Positions 1 to 9,205 of a DNA stretch of 32,000 nucleotides are shown here, in pieces; the stretch's first letter is position 1; every line of letters starts with the position of its first letter. The stretch spans positions 1,080,001 to 1,112,000 of the forward strand of contig NC_010163.1 of assembly GCF_000018785.1 (NCBI RefSeq), read 5' to 3'. Below the pieces are notes generated by a model. The model was not told where the DNA came from and searched no databases. It was given only the letters and a program-made list of their open reading frames with translations. A program made the translations under genes and the position numbers. The DNA is from Acholeplasma laidlawii PG-8A. GTDB lineage: Bacteria; Bacillota_I; Bacilli_A; Acholeplasmatales; Acholeplasmataceae.

Positions 1-195
1 GTGTATTGCAGAAGTACCAGAAACAAGCGCTGCTGCATGATTTATACCTACTAAAGTAGCGAGTTCTTTTTCAAAATTATCAACGTTAGGACCAAGTGGT
101 GCAATCCAATTTGTTTTAAATGCCTCATTTACAAATTCTTGTTCATAACCTTCTTTACTCATATGAGGTGAAGCTAGTAATATTTTTTCTTTCAT
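1..195 (-). CDS. DegT/DnrJ/EryC1/StrS-family PLP aminotransferase, N-terminal fragment (continues off the left edge)
   Basis: Reverse-strand translation MKEKILLASPHMSKEGYEQEFVNEAFKTNWIAPLGPNVDNFEKELATLVGINHAAALVSGTSAIH matches the family signature (SPPHMS...TNWIAPLGPNV..FE..., ALxSGTxAIH). AAGGAT Shine-Dalgarno precedes the ATG at 195. Not in the supplied ORF track because it is truncated. Confidence 0.9.
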   Translation of the reverse strand, partial: MKEKILLASPHMSKEGYEQEFVNEAFKTNWIAPLGPNVDNFEKELATLVGINHAAALVSGTSAIH

Positions 196-212
196 GTTTT
201 TCATCCTTTTGA

Positions 213-833
213 TTAGATATCAAAGTATTTTATTATTTTATTTTTATCATACCCAGTGCTTACTAGGTTCATATATATTATTTCATTATTTGCATAACTT
301 GATATTAATATCGCATCATGTTTATAATCTAGAGCCTCTTTAAATGAAATAATTTGTTTATTAACTAAGTATTTTTGCTGTTTTTTTAGATTATCATCAA
401 TGACCGCTAATACATTAATTGGTGTGTTTTTAGAAGTAATAGTCTGAAGTAATATTTCAGCAACTTCTCCTGCTCCATAGAGTAAAATATCTTTATAACC
501 TTTATTAGAAAGGTTATAAAGAAATGCGTCAATGTTTTCTTTTGCAGAATCATATATTGTTTGTGCATTATCTAAATATCCAATATTCAAAAACTTTCTT
601 CGTTCAATACCTTTTTTTGTAATATGATACCTTACTGTTTTAGTTGAGATATGCTCTTTTTCTAACAAACCTTCTTTTTCATACATATCAATGTATGTAT
701 TAACCATAGAAACAGCAATGTTAATTGCTGTTGAGATTTCTCTTTGAGTAATATTAGGATCTTTTTCTATTAAGTTTAAAATCATGTACTCTTTATAGAT
801 TATAGTTGGTTTAAAGAAGTTTTTAGCAATCAC
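213..833 (-). CDS. Winged-helix (MarR-like) transcriptional regulator with C-terminal Rossmann-like sugar/nucleotide-binding domain
   Basis: N-terminal wHTH (LIEKDPNITQREISTAINIAVSMVNTYIDMYEKEGLLEKE); C-terminal LLYGAGEVAEILLQ...VLAVIDDN, typical of nucleotide-binding helper domains in polysaccharide gene clusters. Confidence 0.7.
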   Translation of the reverse strand: MIAKNFFKPTIIYKEYMILNLIEKDPNITQREISTAINIAVSMVNTYIDMYEKEGLLEKEHISTKTVRYHITKKGIERRKFLNIGYLDNAQTIYDSAKENIDAFLYNLSNKGYKDILLYGAGEVAEILLQTITSKNTPINVLAVIDDNLKKQQKYLVNKQIISFKEALDYKHDAILISSYANNEIIYMNLVSTGYDKNKIIKYFDI

Positions 834-850
834 TACAACATCTCCCCTTA

Positions 851-871
851 TTGTTCGTTTATTGAATAATT
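851..871. promoter_or_regulatory. Putative operator, copy 1 of identical 21-mer TTGTTCGTTTATTGAATAATT
   Basis: Exact 21-nt match to 2322-2342; lies 2 nt downstream of the -10 box of the regulator gene. Confidence 0.6.
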
Positions 872-873
872 TA

Positions 874-902
874 ATTGTATACTATTTGTATGAATTATTC
901 AA
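874..902 (-). promoter_or_regulatory. Promoter of wHTH regulator: TTGAAT -17 bp- TACAAT
   Basis: -35 at 897-902 and -10 at 874-879 (reverse strand). 10-bp inverted repeat TTGAATAATT (862-871) / AATTATTCAA (893-902) flanks the core promoter. Confidence 0.6.
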
Positions 903-1190
903 GCACTTTAGAACAATATCTTAGGATGGTAAAGATTTTAATATTATTGCAATCTAAATTTATAACTAGTATTTCCACATGTAAGATGATTATTCAAGAG
1001 ATAACTTTATTTTCACCCGAAAAAAATTATTTTTTTAACATTACAATAATTTCAAATATACCCTCATCACATTTTATATTATAAATCACCCTTTAACAAG
1101 CACTTCATTATTAAAATATTTTCACCAAATATTAAGATTATTCCGTTCTTTATAAACACCTTTAGACCATTTTTGTAGACTCAATCAAAA

Positions 1191-1212
1191 AGACAACCTA
1201 AAAAGGTTGTCT
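1191..1212 (-). terminator. Rho-independent terminator downstream of galE
   Basis: AGACAACCT-aaaa-AGGTTGTCT hairpin, followed on the minus strand by TTTTT. Confidence 0.75.
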
Positions 1213-1302
1213 AATTTTAATAATATTTCGTTTTTCATACTTATCCATTTAATCAATTAATCATATCCCCATATGATTATTTGTATCCATTGCAAATTAG
1301 AT

Positions 1303-2298
1303 TTATCTTAAATTCTTTTCAAATACCCAAGCATCTTTAACCATATCTTCAAGAGTCAACTTTGTTCCCCAATGAAGTTCTTTCTTCGCTTTAGATGCAT
1401 CTGCATAAACAGTAGCAAGATCCCCTGGTCTTCTTTCTACTATATCATAAGGTATTTTAATACCATTTACTCTTTCAAAGGTATGAATCAGTTCTAAAAC
1501 ACTTGTACCTACACCTGAACCTAAATTATATATATTAAAATTACTTTTAGCATTCATTAATGCAGCAATATGTCCTTTAGCTAAATCAACTACATGGATA
1601 TAGTCTCTAACACCTGTACCATCAACTGTATCGTAGTCATTACCAAAAACAAATAACTTTTCTCTTATGCCTTTTGCTACTTGAGTAACATAAGGCATAA
1701 GGTTATTCGGTATGCCTTGTGGCTTTTCACCAATTAAACCTGACTTATGTGCTCCAATAGGATTAAAGTATCTAAGTAACGTTATGTTCATATCTTTGTT
1801 ATTACGAGAAAAATCTTTTAAGATACGTTCACTCATCTTCTTTGTCTCACCATATGGATTAGTAGTTACCTTTAATTCCATTAGCTCATGTAATGGTGAT
1901 ACTTGATCACCATATACAGTAGCAGATGATGAAAAGATAAAGTGTTTCACTTTATACTTTTCTGATAATGATGCTAGTGTCATGGTCGTATTTAAATTAT
2001 TTTGATAATACATCAGTGGTTTTAAAACAGACTCGCCTACAGCTTTGTAACCTGCAAAGTGAATCACTGCATCTACTTGTTCTTTATTAAATATGTTATC
2101 CATGATATTCATATTTGAACAATCTGCTTCATAAAACTTTAATTTATTAATTTTTGTTATGGTTTTAATTTTATCTAATACATCTATTTGACTATTATAT
2201 AAGTTATCTACTATAACTACTTCATGTCCTAATTCTAATAGTTCTACTACGGTATGTGATCCAATGTATCCCATACCACCTGACACTAATACTTTCAT
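1303..2298 (-). CDS. galE: UDP-glucose 4-epimerase
   Basis: MKVLVSGGMGYIGSHTVVELLELGHEVVIVDNL; SSSATVYG; YGETKKMSE; RYFNPIGAHKSGLIGE; GTGVRDYIHVVDLAKGH are canonical GalE motifs. Confidence 0.97.
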   Translation of the reverse strand: MKVLVSGGMGYIGSHTVVELLELGHEVVIVDNLYNSQIDVLDKIKTITKINKLKFYEADCSNMNIMDNIFNKEQVDAVIHFAGYKAVGESVLKPLMYYQNNLNTTMTLASLSEKYKVKHFIFSSSATVYGDQVSPLHELMELKVTTNPYGETKKMSERILKDFSRNNKDMNITLLRYFNPIGAHKSGLIGEKPQGIPNNLMPYVTQVAKGIREKLFVFGNDYDTVDGTGVRDYIHVVDLAKGHIAALMNAKSNFNIYNLGSGVGTSVLELIHTFERVNGIKIPYDIVERRPGDLATVYADASKAKKELHWGTKLTLEDMVKDAWVFEKNLR

Positions 2299-2321
2299 AA
2301 TTACCCCCGGTTTAAATGAAT

Positions 2322-2342
2322 TTGTTCGTTTATTGAATAATT
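2322..2342. promoter_or_regulatory. Putative operator, copy 2 of identical 21-mer TTGTTCGTTTATTGAATAATT
   Basis: Exact match to 851-871; lies 2 nt downstream of the galE -10 box. Confidence 0.6.
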
Positions 2343-2344
2343 CT

Positions 2345-2373
2345 ATTTTAACCTATTTATACCCATTTAGCAA
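2345..2373 (-). promoter_or_regulatory. Putative galE promoter TTGCTA -17 bp- TAAAAT
   Basis: Reverse strand TTGCTAAATGGGTATAAATAGGTTAAAAT upstream of galE. Confidence 0.5.
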
Positions 2374-2682
2374 TATTCCACATCTCTAATCATCATTTGA
2401 AACCATCATTAAATTATCTTTTAAATCATTTGATTAATTTCTCAAGGATCTCCGAAAATAATACAAGTAAAAAAGGAATAAAGTGAAAAAAATCTAATTG
2501 AGGTTCAAAAGTATAGCACTAGCATTTTTCATTTTATGAACCACCACATTTATTATAATATATATTATGATGATGTATATATTCAATCCATACTATTTCA
2601 AATTATGTCGACTCATCTTATATATTTGTAATGATTTATTAGATGTTTACCATATAAATCATCCATTTTATTATTGGTAAAC

Positions 2683-2895
2683 TTATCTAACTTTATTACT
2701 TCTATAGGTGTTGTAGATATTTTGGTGTGCGTATCTACCAATTGAATCGGCACTAAGCAGTTCTTGATGGACATATTCGGGAACTTCCAAGTATTCATAG
2801 ACTGATCCATCTTTAAATTCAAATACCAAAAGACCTGTATCACTATCGTATCCAACAGAATCTATATGTGATGATTGAACGTATTTCATATTCAT
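2683..2895 (-). CDS. KTSC-domain small protein
   Basis: MKYVQSSHIDSVGYDSDTGLLVFEFKDGSVYEYLEVPEYVHQELLSADSIGRYAHQNI matches the KTSC pattern (SS.I.SVGYD...L.VEF.dGsvY.Y..VP...y..l..A.S.G.yf...I). Starts 2 nt after the HerA stop. Confidence 0.8.
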   Translation of the reverse strand: MNMKYVQSSHIDSVGYDSDTGLLVFEFKDGSVYEYLEVPEYVHQELLSADSIGRYAHQNIYNTYRSNKVR

Positions 2896-2897
2896 AA

Positions 2898-4676
2898 TTA
2901 AAATCTCCTTTCTCTCATTTTTCTAACAACATTTATATAATCTGTATCTTTACTTTCAAATTTATGACTCCAACTCTTAATTATATCTGGATCGTTACTA
3001 TTAGGTCTTGGTTCAAATTTTTGAATTCTTACCCTGGATGGTATTTTAATTGCATCACCAACAACAATACACTCACCTATTCGTAATGTGGGGAGTAGAT
3101 CCATTAATCCAGTCATGTTGTTTGGTGCTGTAGCTTTTACTGAACTTTGATCAGACGAATTAGTCAATCTCATAGAAATTGTTGTACCAACTTGAGCAAG
3201 TATCGTATCAGAAATTTCTGATGGACGCTGAGTTACAACTGCTGCTCCAATCCCAAATTTTCTACCTTCCTTAAATATTTTTTCTACACTCTTCCTTGCA
3301 TATCCGTAAATATATCTTGAATCTTGATTTTTTGGTAAATAAGCATGTGCCTCCTCAAACACCATTAATATAGGACGTGCTCTACCAGTATAATCTTCAT
3401 CTTTACCCCAAAACATACTATCATATACAATTCTATTTATTAGACCTATCGAAATATCCATCAGCTCATAAGGTATGCCACTTAAATCTAATATCGTCAA
3501 TCTTTTTTCATGTCCCATCCATTCAATAATCAAGTCATTCAAGTCCTTATTTTCTCCATCAAGATAGCCTCCAGGTTTAAACATAAAGTCATATTTATTA
3601 TCACTCAAGCGAGAAAATATTTTCTTTTCATATAAATACATGGTTTGATTCTTACTTTTATATGGTGCTTTAGAATCAACTGTATAGGGTTGAAATTGAG
3701 CTGGTATTAGTTCAGAATAATCACCCTCATCAATGAGCATTTCATTATCTCTAGTCTGTGACACTTGGTCTGCCTTGTTATATGTCGCTATTACTTCTCT
3801 ATTAAGATTGTGCCACATTAAACGAATATCAAATGGTATTGGTGAATCTTCAGTAATATATTCCTCATTAATCGATCCGGCTTTTATTTTATCTTTATTT
3901 TCCTTTTTTAATCTTACAATTTCTTCTCTAAGTCTCTTATCTTCAGGACGTTCACTTCCTGCCTCTCTACCAACCAAAAAAAATGATAATTCATCGAAGT
4001 TCATAGCCCAATACGGAATATATAAAGGTGAGTCTGGGCTGTTTAATCTCATAACTTTCGATTTAGCTGGAAATGCAGATGAATATTCACCATGAATATC
4101 AATTAAGATTATTCTGGAGCCTTCGAATTTTTCTAGTATGCTAGAAATAACTCGTGCTGTTGTATTTGATTTACCACTACCTGTTGAACCCAATATAGCT
4201 AGGTGTCTTGAAATTATTTTTTGCAAATCCAGATAAATTGGTAGGTCATTTGAGGATGCATGGGTCCCTAGTTCTATTTGTCCAGTTGAATCAAAATCAT
4301 AAATTGACTTGATATCACTCTCTGTGACTATGTGAACCTCGTCGTTAATTGTGGGAAACACTCCAATACCCTTCTGAAAAACACCTCTACCGATTTTTTC
4401 TCCAATCAAATTTACTCTTATGTTTCTATTCACAAGATCATGATCAATTAATGTCATTTTGGTTTGGTCAACGCCTGATATATTTACAGAATCAACAACT
4501 CCAAATAACATAGTATTACCCAATGGTATTCTTACTAATGTTCCTATTTGACCGATGCGATACTGAATACCATCAATAATCGGTGATGCACTTGGAATAT
4601 CATTTGAGATTCTTACATCAATTTTCCCACTATCTACATTAGTGATAAATCCTATAAAGGTGATTTTTTTATGCAT
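2898..4676 (-). CDS. herA: HerA-type hexameric ATPase/translocase (anti-phage SIR2-HerA partner)
   Basis: HAS-barrel-like N-terminus (FIGFITNVDSGKIDVRI); Walker A LAILGSTGSGKSNTTARV; Walker B PILMVFEEAHAYLP; GIGAAVVTQRPSEISDTILAQVGTTISMRL. The ORF track start (4691) is a TTG; ATG at 4676 has GGAGGAG 6 nt upstream. Confidence 0.92.
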   Translation of the reverse strand: MHKKITFIGFITNVDSGKIDVRISNDIPSASPIIDGIQYRIGQIGTLVRIPLGNTMLFGVVDSVNISGVDQTKMTLIDHDLVNRNIRVNLIGEKIGRGVFQKGIGVFPTINDEVHIVTESDIKSIYDFDSTGQIELGTHASSNDLPIYLDLQKIISRHLAILGSTGSGKSNTTARVISSILEKFEGSRIILIDIHGEYSSAFPAKSKVMRLNSPDSPLYIPYWAMNFDELSFFLVGREAGSERPEDKRLREEIVRLKKENKDKIKAGSINEEYITEDSPIPFDIRLMWHNLNREVIATYNKADQVSQTRDNEMLIDEGDYSELIPAQFQPYTVDSKAPYKSKNQTMYLYEKKIFSRLSDNKYDFMFKPGGYLDGENKDLNDLIIEWMGHEKRLTILDLSGIPYELMDISIGLINRIVYDSMFWGKDEDYTGRARPILMVFEEAHAYLPKNQDSRYIYGYARKSVEKIFKEGRKFGIGAAVVTQRPSEISDTILAQVGTTISMRLTNSSDQSSVKATAPNNMTGLMDLLPTLRIGECIVVGDAIKIPSRVRIQKFEPRPNSNDPDIIKSWSHKFESKDTDYINVVRKMRERRF

Positions 4677-5847
4677 CCAATTCTCCTCCAATGGTTGTAG
4701 TAATCTTTATTAAGAAATCAGTAAATATCTTAAAATCACCCAATGTAACATTCTTCATATCTGAATTTACAAACTGGTCATAGAATTTGTCTTCACTTAG
4801 ATTGTCAAAATCCCACTCAAACAGTGATCCTGATTTAATAACATGATTCGGTCCATAAACAGTGATGTTTTTATACATCACAAAATTATCTCTATTATCT
4901 AATAAAACTTTATCTTCATATACAAAGACCATTACATGAAGACGTTGATTATTTATTAAAGAAGTAAATATTACTTCATTGATATGCTGATCACTAAAAG
5001 AATAACCCTGAATTATGAACAGTGTCTCCGATTTTATTAGGAAATATTTTAATCTATCAAAATAGGTGGTGAATGGTTGTTTTCTAGATAAAGTATATTT
5101 TTCCTTTGATGGATATATTACTATCTCTTTATCACTTTCTTTCTTCAGTTCATGGTTCGATCTATAGATAACATCACCCTCACGATTTTTCTTCCAAAAC
5201 CAATTTAATGAACCATGAAGTTTCCATAACCTAACCCAATTTATTGGTAGACTTGATTCTCTCTCAATATTTTCAACACTCTCCTGATGAAAGAAACTAT
5301 GATATGATCCAATAAAACCATCAAAGTAAGGGATTTCTCTATCTTCTAGAGCCTTTTCTAATAATAAATCATAGTTCGTAGTGAAAATCTCAATTGCATT
5401 TGAATTTCTTACTGAATTTGCCCATAAAGCAAATCGCTTAAAAGCTTTAAATAAATCCTCATTACTAACAATTTCATTTTCTTTACTTGTTAACGTATTA
5501 TAAATGTCATTGCAGATATCATGATCAATAAGAGATGATTGTGCACCATTAATGCCAAATATTTCTAGTGAATCCATGTCGTTAGTTAGACTTCTAATCA
5601 TTCGAAGTGAATTGAGTATATCTTCTATTGTGGAGTAATCATTCATTTGTTTAGTTTTTTCAATAGAAATTATTTTGTCAATAGCTTCTTTATGTATACT
5701 ATTTTTACGGACACTATCAGTGAGTGCTTTGATTCCCGGCATTCCTGATGACATGGAACTCCCTGCCCCTAAAAAAACCCCCGTTTTCATATTATTCGAT
5801 AACTTATTCATTATGTTACTCAATTCTTGATACACGCTAATCTTCAT
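4669..5847 (-). CDS. SIR2-domain (SIR2_2-like) defence NADase partner of HerA
   Basis: TGVFLGAGSSMSSGMPGIKAL; FTTNYDLLLEKAL; RLWKLHGSLNWFW; LFIIQGYSFSDQHINEVIF. The ORF track starts at 5949, but ATG 5847 (MKISVYQEL) has a GGAGAAG SD. The stop overlaps the herA start by 8 bp. Confidence 0.9.
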   Translation of the reverse strand: MKISVYQELSNIMNKLSNNMKTGVFLGAGSSMSSGMPGIKALTDSVRKNSIHKEAIDKIISIEKTKQMNDYSTIEDILNSLRMIRSLTNDMDSLEIFGINGAQSSLIDHDICNDIYNTLTSKENEIVSNEDLFKAFKRFALWANSVRNSNAIEIFTTNYDLLLEKALEDREIPYFDGFIGSYHSFFHQESVENIERESSLPINWVRLWKLHGSLNWFWKKNREGDVIYRSNHELKKESDKEIVIYPSKEKYTLSRKQPFTTYFDRLKYFLIKSETLFIIQGYSFSDQHINEVIFTSLINNQRLHVMVFVYEDKVLLDNRDNFVMYKNITVYGPNHVIKSGSLFEWDFDNLSEDKFYDQFVNSDMKNVTLGDFKIFTDFLIKITTTIGGELDA

Positions 5848-6006
5848 TTTTCTTCTCCGATAAATATATTTTTGATAATTATTACTATTTAATTTGTTGT
5901 ATTTAAATATGTATAAATTTTTGAAAAATATCCTATACTTCGTTGTCAAGTATAACTACTCATAAATTTTATAGTCTTGTTTTTAGTTATAGACAAAATA
6001 TATTAC

Positions 6007-7197
6007 TTAATCCTTATAGTTATAGAAATAATATCCACTTTTTACATCATTTATATTGGTAATTTCAATAATTCTGATCCTTTTTTCTAATAACATTCTA
6101 TGAAGTAAATTATTTCCCACAGCATTTGGTATTGATTCTCCATAGTTTTTTAATAGTTTGATAGCATTATTCACTGTATCAGTTCTGACCTTTCTTTTCT
6201 TATCAAAGTTACTCCATGCAAAATATATAATGGTTGTACTTTCTATTAAATTACATGCATCAAAAATACTCTGAAAATATGAATAATCTTGTGGATTTAG
6301 TGAATGTCCATATATTAGTATGTGACCTTTAACAGCCTCTTTCAAGTTGAAACTCTCATCTCCATCATATGCATGTATTTTTCTAGCCGTCTTTGTAAAT
6401 AAGTATTTACTTTCATTTGACTTAATCCATTTTTTCGATTCTAAATCTTGTTCATCTATACCAAAAATGACTTCCTCTGAATGAATACTTCCATGAATAT
6501 TAGTCATGTTCCACTGTTTAATATCATCATAGTTTCTAGTAAATGTTGGTATACTATAGTTGAAATTAATTAGTGAAAATATTGAATCATTAACAGAACT
6601 TGCAATTTTAGAAAACTCTTTGTATAACAATGAATTTCTTCTTTCATATTTGATTTTATTTAAGCGTAATTGATTACTGACATACTCTTTAAAATCTAAT
6701 TCAATTATTTTTAATTGATCTAGAAGCCATTTATTATACTCTATTTGTGAAAAAGTCATTTCTTTCAATTCGAATGCTTTGCTTATTAAAGCAAACAATG
6801 GATTGAATGTTCTAACTAGACTGCTATAATTTTTACCTTGTTTTTGTATGTCTATTAGTGATATTTTGTTTTCTGAAATATATTCAAAAATCAGATTTTC
6901 AACATTATGCCACCCAGCATTCTTTTTAACTATTTTTTCACTAATAAAAACAACATCCCAAATGGATATCTGATCAAACAGCAAATTTATATCTGATTCT
7001 GTCATTCTATTTATAATTCTGTATATCGAATTATTCAAATTTAGCGAATTATCATAATCCATTTTAGATTGAATTTGATTAAAATAATCAATAGTAATTT
7101 GAAAATCCTCTTTACTATATCTTTGATTAAAATAATCAAGATAATCCGTTTTTAACCCACATTGAATATCAAATCCATTGCCTAAAACAAGTAGCAT
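6007..7197 (-). CDS. AbiH-family bacteriophage abortive infection protein
   Basis: MLLVLGNGFDIQCGLKTDYLDYF N-terminus; FTRNYDDI; NIHGSIHSEEVIFGID; HILIYGHSLNPQDYSYFQSIFD are AbiH hallmarks. AGAGGTG SD. Confidence 0.88.
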   Translation of the reverse strand: MLLVLGNGFDIQCGLKTDYLDYFNQRYSKEDFQITIDYFNQIQSKMDYDNSLNLNNSIYRIINRMTESDINLLFDQISIWDVVFISEKIVKKNAGWHNVENLIFEYISENKISLIDIQKQGKNYSSLVRTFNPLFALISKAFELKEMTFSQIEYNKWLLDQLKIIELDFKEYVSNQLRLNKIKYERRNSLLYKEFSKIASSVNDSIFSLINFNYSIPTFTRNYDDIKQWNMTNIHGSIHSEEVIFGIDEQDLESKKWIKSNESKYLFTKTARKIHAYDGDESFNLKEAVKGHILIYGHSLNPQDYSYFQSIFDACNLIESTTIIYFAWSNFDKKRKVRTDTVNNAIKLLKNYGESIPNAVGNNLLHRMLLEKRIRIIEITNINDVKSGYYFYNYKD

Positions 7198-7295
7198 TTC
7201 ACACCTCTTAATACCTTGATTTTAATTCATTTTTTTATTACATTAATCTATCTTTAATATTTCACATTTTGTAATTCTTAAATATGATTTGTTGC

Positions 7296-8033
7296 CTAAA
7301 TCTTTATTTCTAAATTATCTAGAAGTTTGAAATTAACATCTCTTTTATCGTTAATAGCATCATTAACACTCTCTATTAGGAACTTTTTATAATAGTCACT
7401 TATCATATTAACCAAATTCTTAATATTGTTTGTTAGATCGTTTTTTTCTTCTCCGTTTATATAGCAAGTTTCATAGTCATCGTACATTAAAAGAATTCTA
7501 TGATGACTAATCGCATTTCTAAGTTCTTTGATTGCTCTTAAATTTTGAATAACATACTCGTCACTATTTGGAAACATTCTCTTAAGATCTTTATCAGTGA
7601 ATTTCTCGACTATCTGAATTAGTTGACCAAAATCTAGATCTTCTAATTCAAAGGCAATATTACTTCCATTTTTTAAGTTAGCTTTTATACTTTCACCTAA
7701 TTTTAATGTAGAAAGTCCATGGTTATGGCTATTAGCTATAAATGCCCTGATTTGCTCTTCAAAGGCTGATATGAACTTGTATAAACGATTTCTAAGTCTT
7801 TTATCATATTTATATAAATCAGAGACAGTTTTATATTTAATCTTTCCATCATCATCTAATCCAATAAAATTTATCAATACCACATGATAAGCAACACCTT
7901 TTAAATCAAGATATTTACTGCAGCGTTCTTCTTCCTGCGCATTACTAAATATCAATTTCTTCATGAGTTTTGATTTTGTGATATGGATATCTATATATTT
8001 ACTAGTTTTCCCAGTCATATTTGTTGTACACAT
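7296..8033 (-). CDS. Abi_2 (AbiD/AbiF)-like HEPN protein, putative RNase effector
   Basis: SDLYKYDKRLRNRLYKFISAFEEQIRAFI followed by IKELRNAISHHRILLM, giving a HEPN Rx4H motif in Abi_2-like context. True start ambiguous (ATG 8033 or ATG 7964, MKKLIFSN). Confidence 0.75.
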   Translation of the reverse strand: MCTTNMTGKTSKYIDIHITKSKLMKKLIFSNAQEEERCSKYLDLKGVAYHVVLINFIGLDDDGKIKYKTVSDLYKYDKRLRNRLYKFISAFEEQIRAFIANSHNHGLSTLKLGESIKANLKNGSNIAFELEDLDFGQLIQIVEKFTDKDLKRMFPNSDEYVIQNLRAIKELRNAISHHRILLMYDDYETCYINGEEKNDLTNNIKNLVNMISDYYKKFLIESVNDAINDKRDVNFKLLDNLEIKI

Positions 8034-8673
8034 TATTTATAGATTCAATAAATAGTTGATAGGACTTCTTTTCAATGTCTTTATTGTTATTCTTTAGTTT
8101 TAAATACTCAAACTTTAACGCTTCCCATAATCCAGCAGCCTCTATATTGCTAAGTTTAAAAGAATAGTTTCTACTTCTTGGTCTTTCATTCCATAAATAA
8201 GTAGGTGATGAAGCATTCTTGTCTCTTATAATGATTTTTTGAGATTGATTTTCTTGATCATCTAATACATCTTCCACAATTCCAAAATCACAAGAATGTA
8301 CTATACTACTTTTTTCATGGTCTATTAACTTAATTGTAATTGCATTCTTATTATCTTTTGTCTGATAACCGTATTTTTTACCTATTTTTTGAATAATTTT
8401 GAAGAAATTTTCACGAATAATCTTTGCACTATTGTATCCTTTAGCTACTTTCTTAAGGCTTAGATTATAGTCAAAATCAAATCCCTTGTTAGATCCTATT
8501 TCTTTTGTAATGAGTTTTTTTCTGCCACTACCGATTAATGAAAATTGAAATGTATACTCTGGTTTCATTTCATCTTGAATTTCTCTAATAATTTCCTCAA
8601 ACTTATTTCTAACCGGTGTATATTCACCTTTTACTACAAATTCATACGCCATATATTTAACTTTTGCACTCAA
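8002..8673 (-). CDS. Nucleotidyltransferase-fold protein
   Basis: FSLIGSGRKKLITKEIGSNKGFDFDYNL (G[S/G]...DxD metal motif) and SCDFGIV (third acidic residue). Start TTG 8673 or ATG 8652. Overlaps the HEPN ORF by up to 32 bp. Confidence 0.7.
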   Translation of the reverse strand: MSAKVKYMAYEFVVKGEYTPVRNKFEEIIREIQDEMKPEYTFQFSLIGSGRKKLITKEIGSNKGFDFDYNLSLKKVAKGYNSAKIIRENFFKIIQKIGKKYGYQTKDNKNAITIKLIDHEKSSIVHSCDFGIVEDVLDDQENQSQKIIIRDKNASSPTYLWNERPRSRNYSFKLSNIEAAGLWEALKFEYLKLKNNNKDIEKKSYQLFIESINNVYNKYDWEN

Positions 8674-8890
8674 CTTTTATTAATCTAGTTGTGTACCCCT
8701 ATCCTCTCTAATTATAATTTCAAATCTATCATACTTATTGCTTTGAGTGATTTTTGAACAGAGTCCTATCAAATCTCTGTTATAATTTTCCAGTGCAAGT
8801 CTTATCTACACATTAAACTTATTAATTAAATCAATACTCAAATTTACATAGTTACTCAAACAAATTAATTTATAGTTTATCAAGAGAATC

Positions 8891-9199
8891 TTAATTTTTT
8901 TCAACCGATTTCATCTTATAATTACTTTCAATTTCGTACGTTCCTGATTTGGGTTTTAATATTTCATTCGACTTATTATCATGTTCTTTTGTAAATAAAT
9001 ACGTTAATGTAGTTATTAAATATATAGAGAAAATTAATATACATAACGATAATACTATAACTAAATCAGTTTGATTTTTCTTAAGTGCAAACACTCCAGC
9101 TGTAATAAATGATGCGTACACAGTTACACCTATACTCATTATCAGTATTATTTTACTTTTAGATAGCTTAACATATTCTGTGGGGCTTTTTTCAGACAT
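8891..9199 (-). CDS. Small two-TM membrane protein of unknown function
   Basis: Two hydrophobic segments (IILIMSIGVTVYASFITAGVFAL; LVIVLSLCILIFSIYLITTLTYLF); GAGGTG SD; 6 nt from the upstream gene. Confidence 0.6.
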   Translation of the reverse strand: MSEKSPTEYVKLSKSKIILIMSIGVTVYASFITAGVFALKKNQTDLVIVLSLCILIFSIYLITTLTYLFTKEHDNKSNEILKPKSGTYEIESNYKMKSVEKN

Positions 9200-9205
9200 C
9201 TTATT

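Noticed and set aside
875-1084. 69-aa plus-strand ORF
   Set aside because: Low-complexity composition with no family resemblance; it starts inside the regulator promoter region.
2613-2855. 80-aa ORF overlapping the KTSC gene in another frame
   Set aside because: The KTSC frame has clear domain similarity and correct spacing to herA; the alternative frame looks random.
8757-8781. AACAGAG...CTCTGTT stem-loop between the NTase and the 102-aa membrane protein
   Set aside because: 7-bp stem without a T-run in the direction of the genes; too weak to call a terminator.
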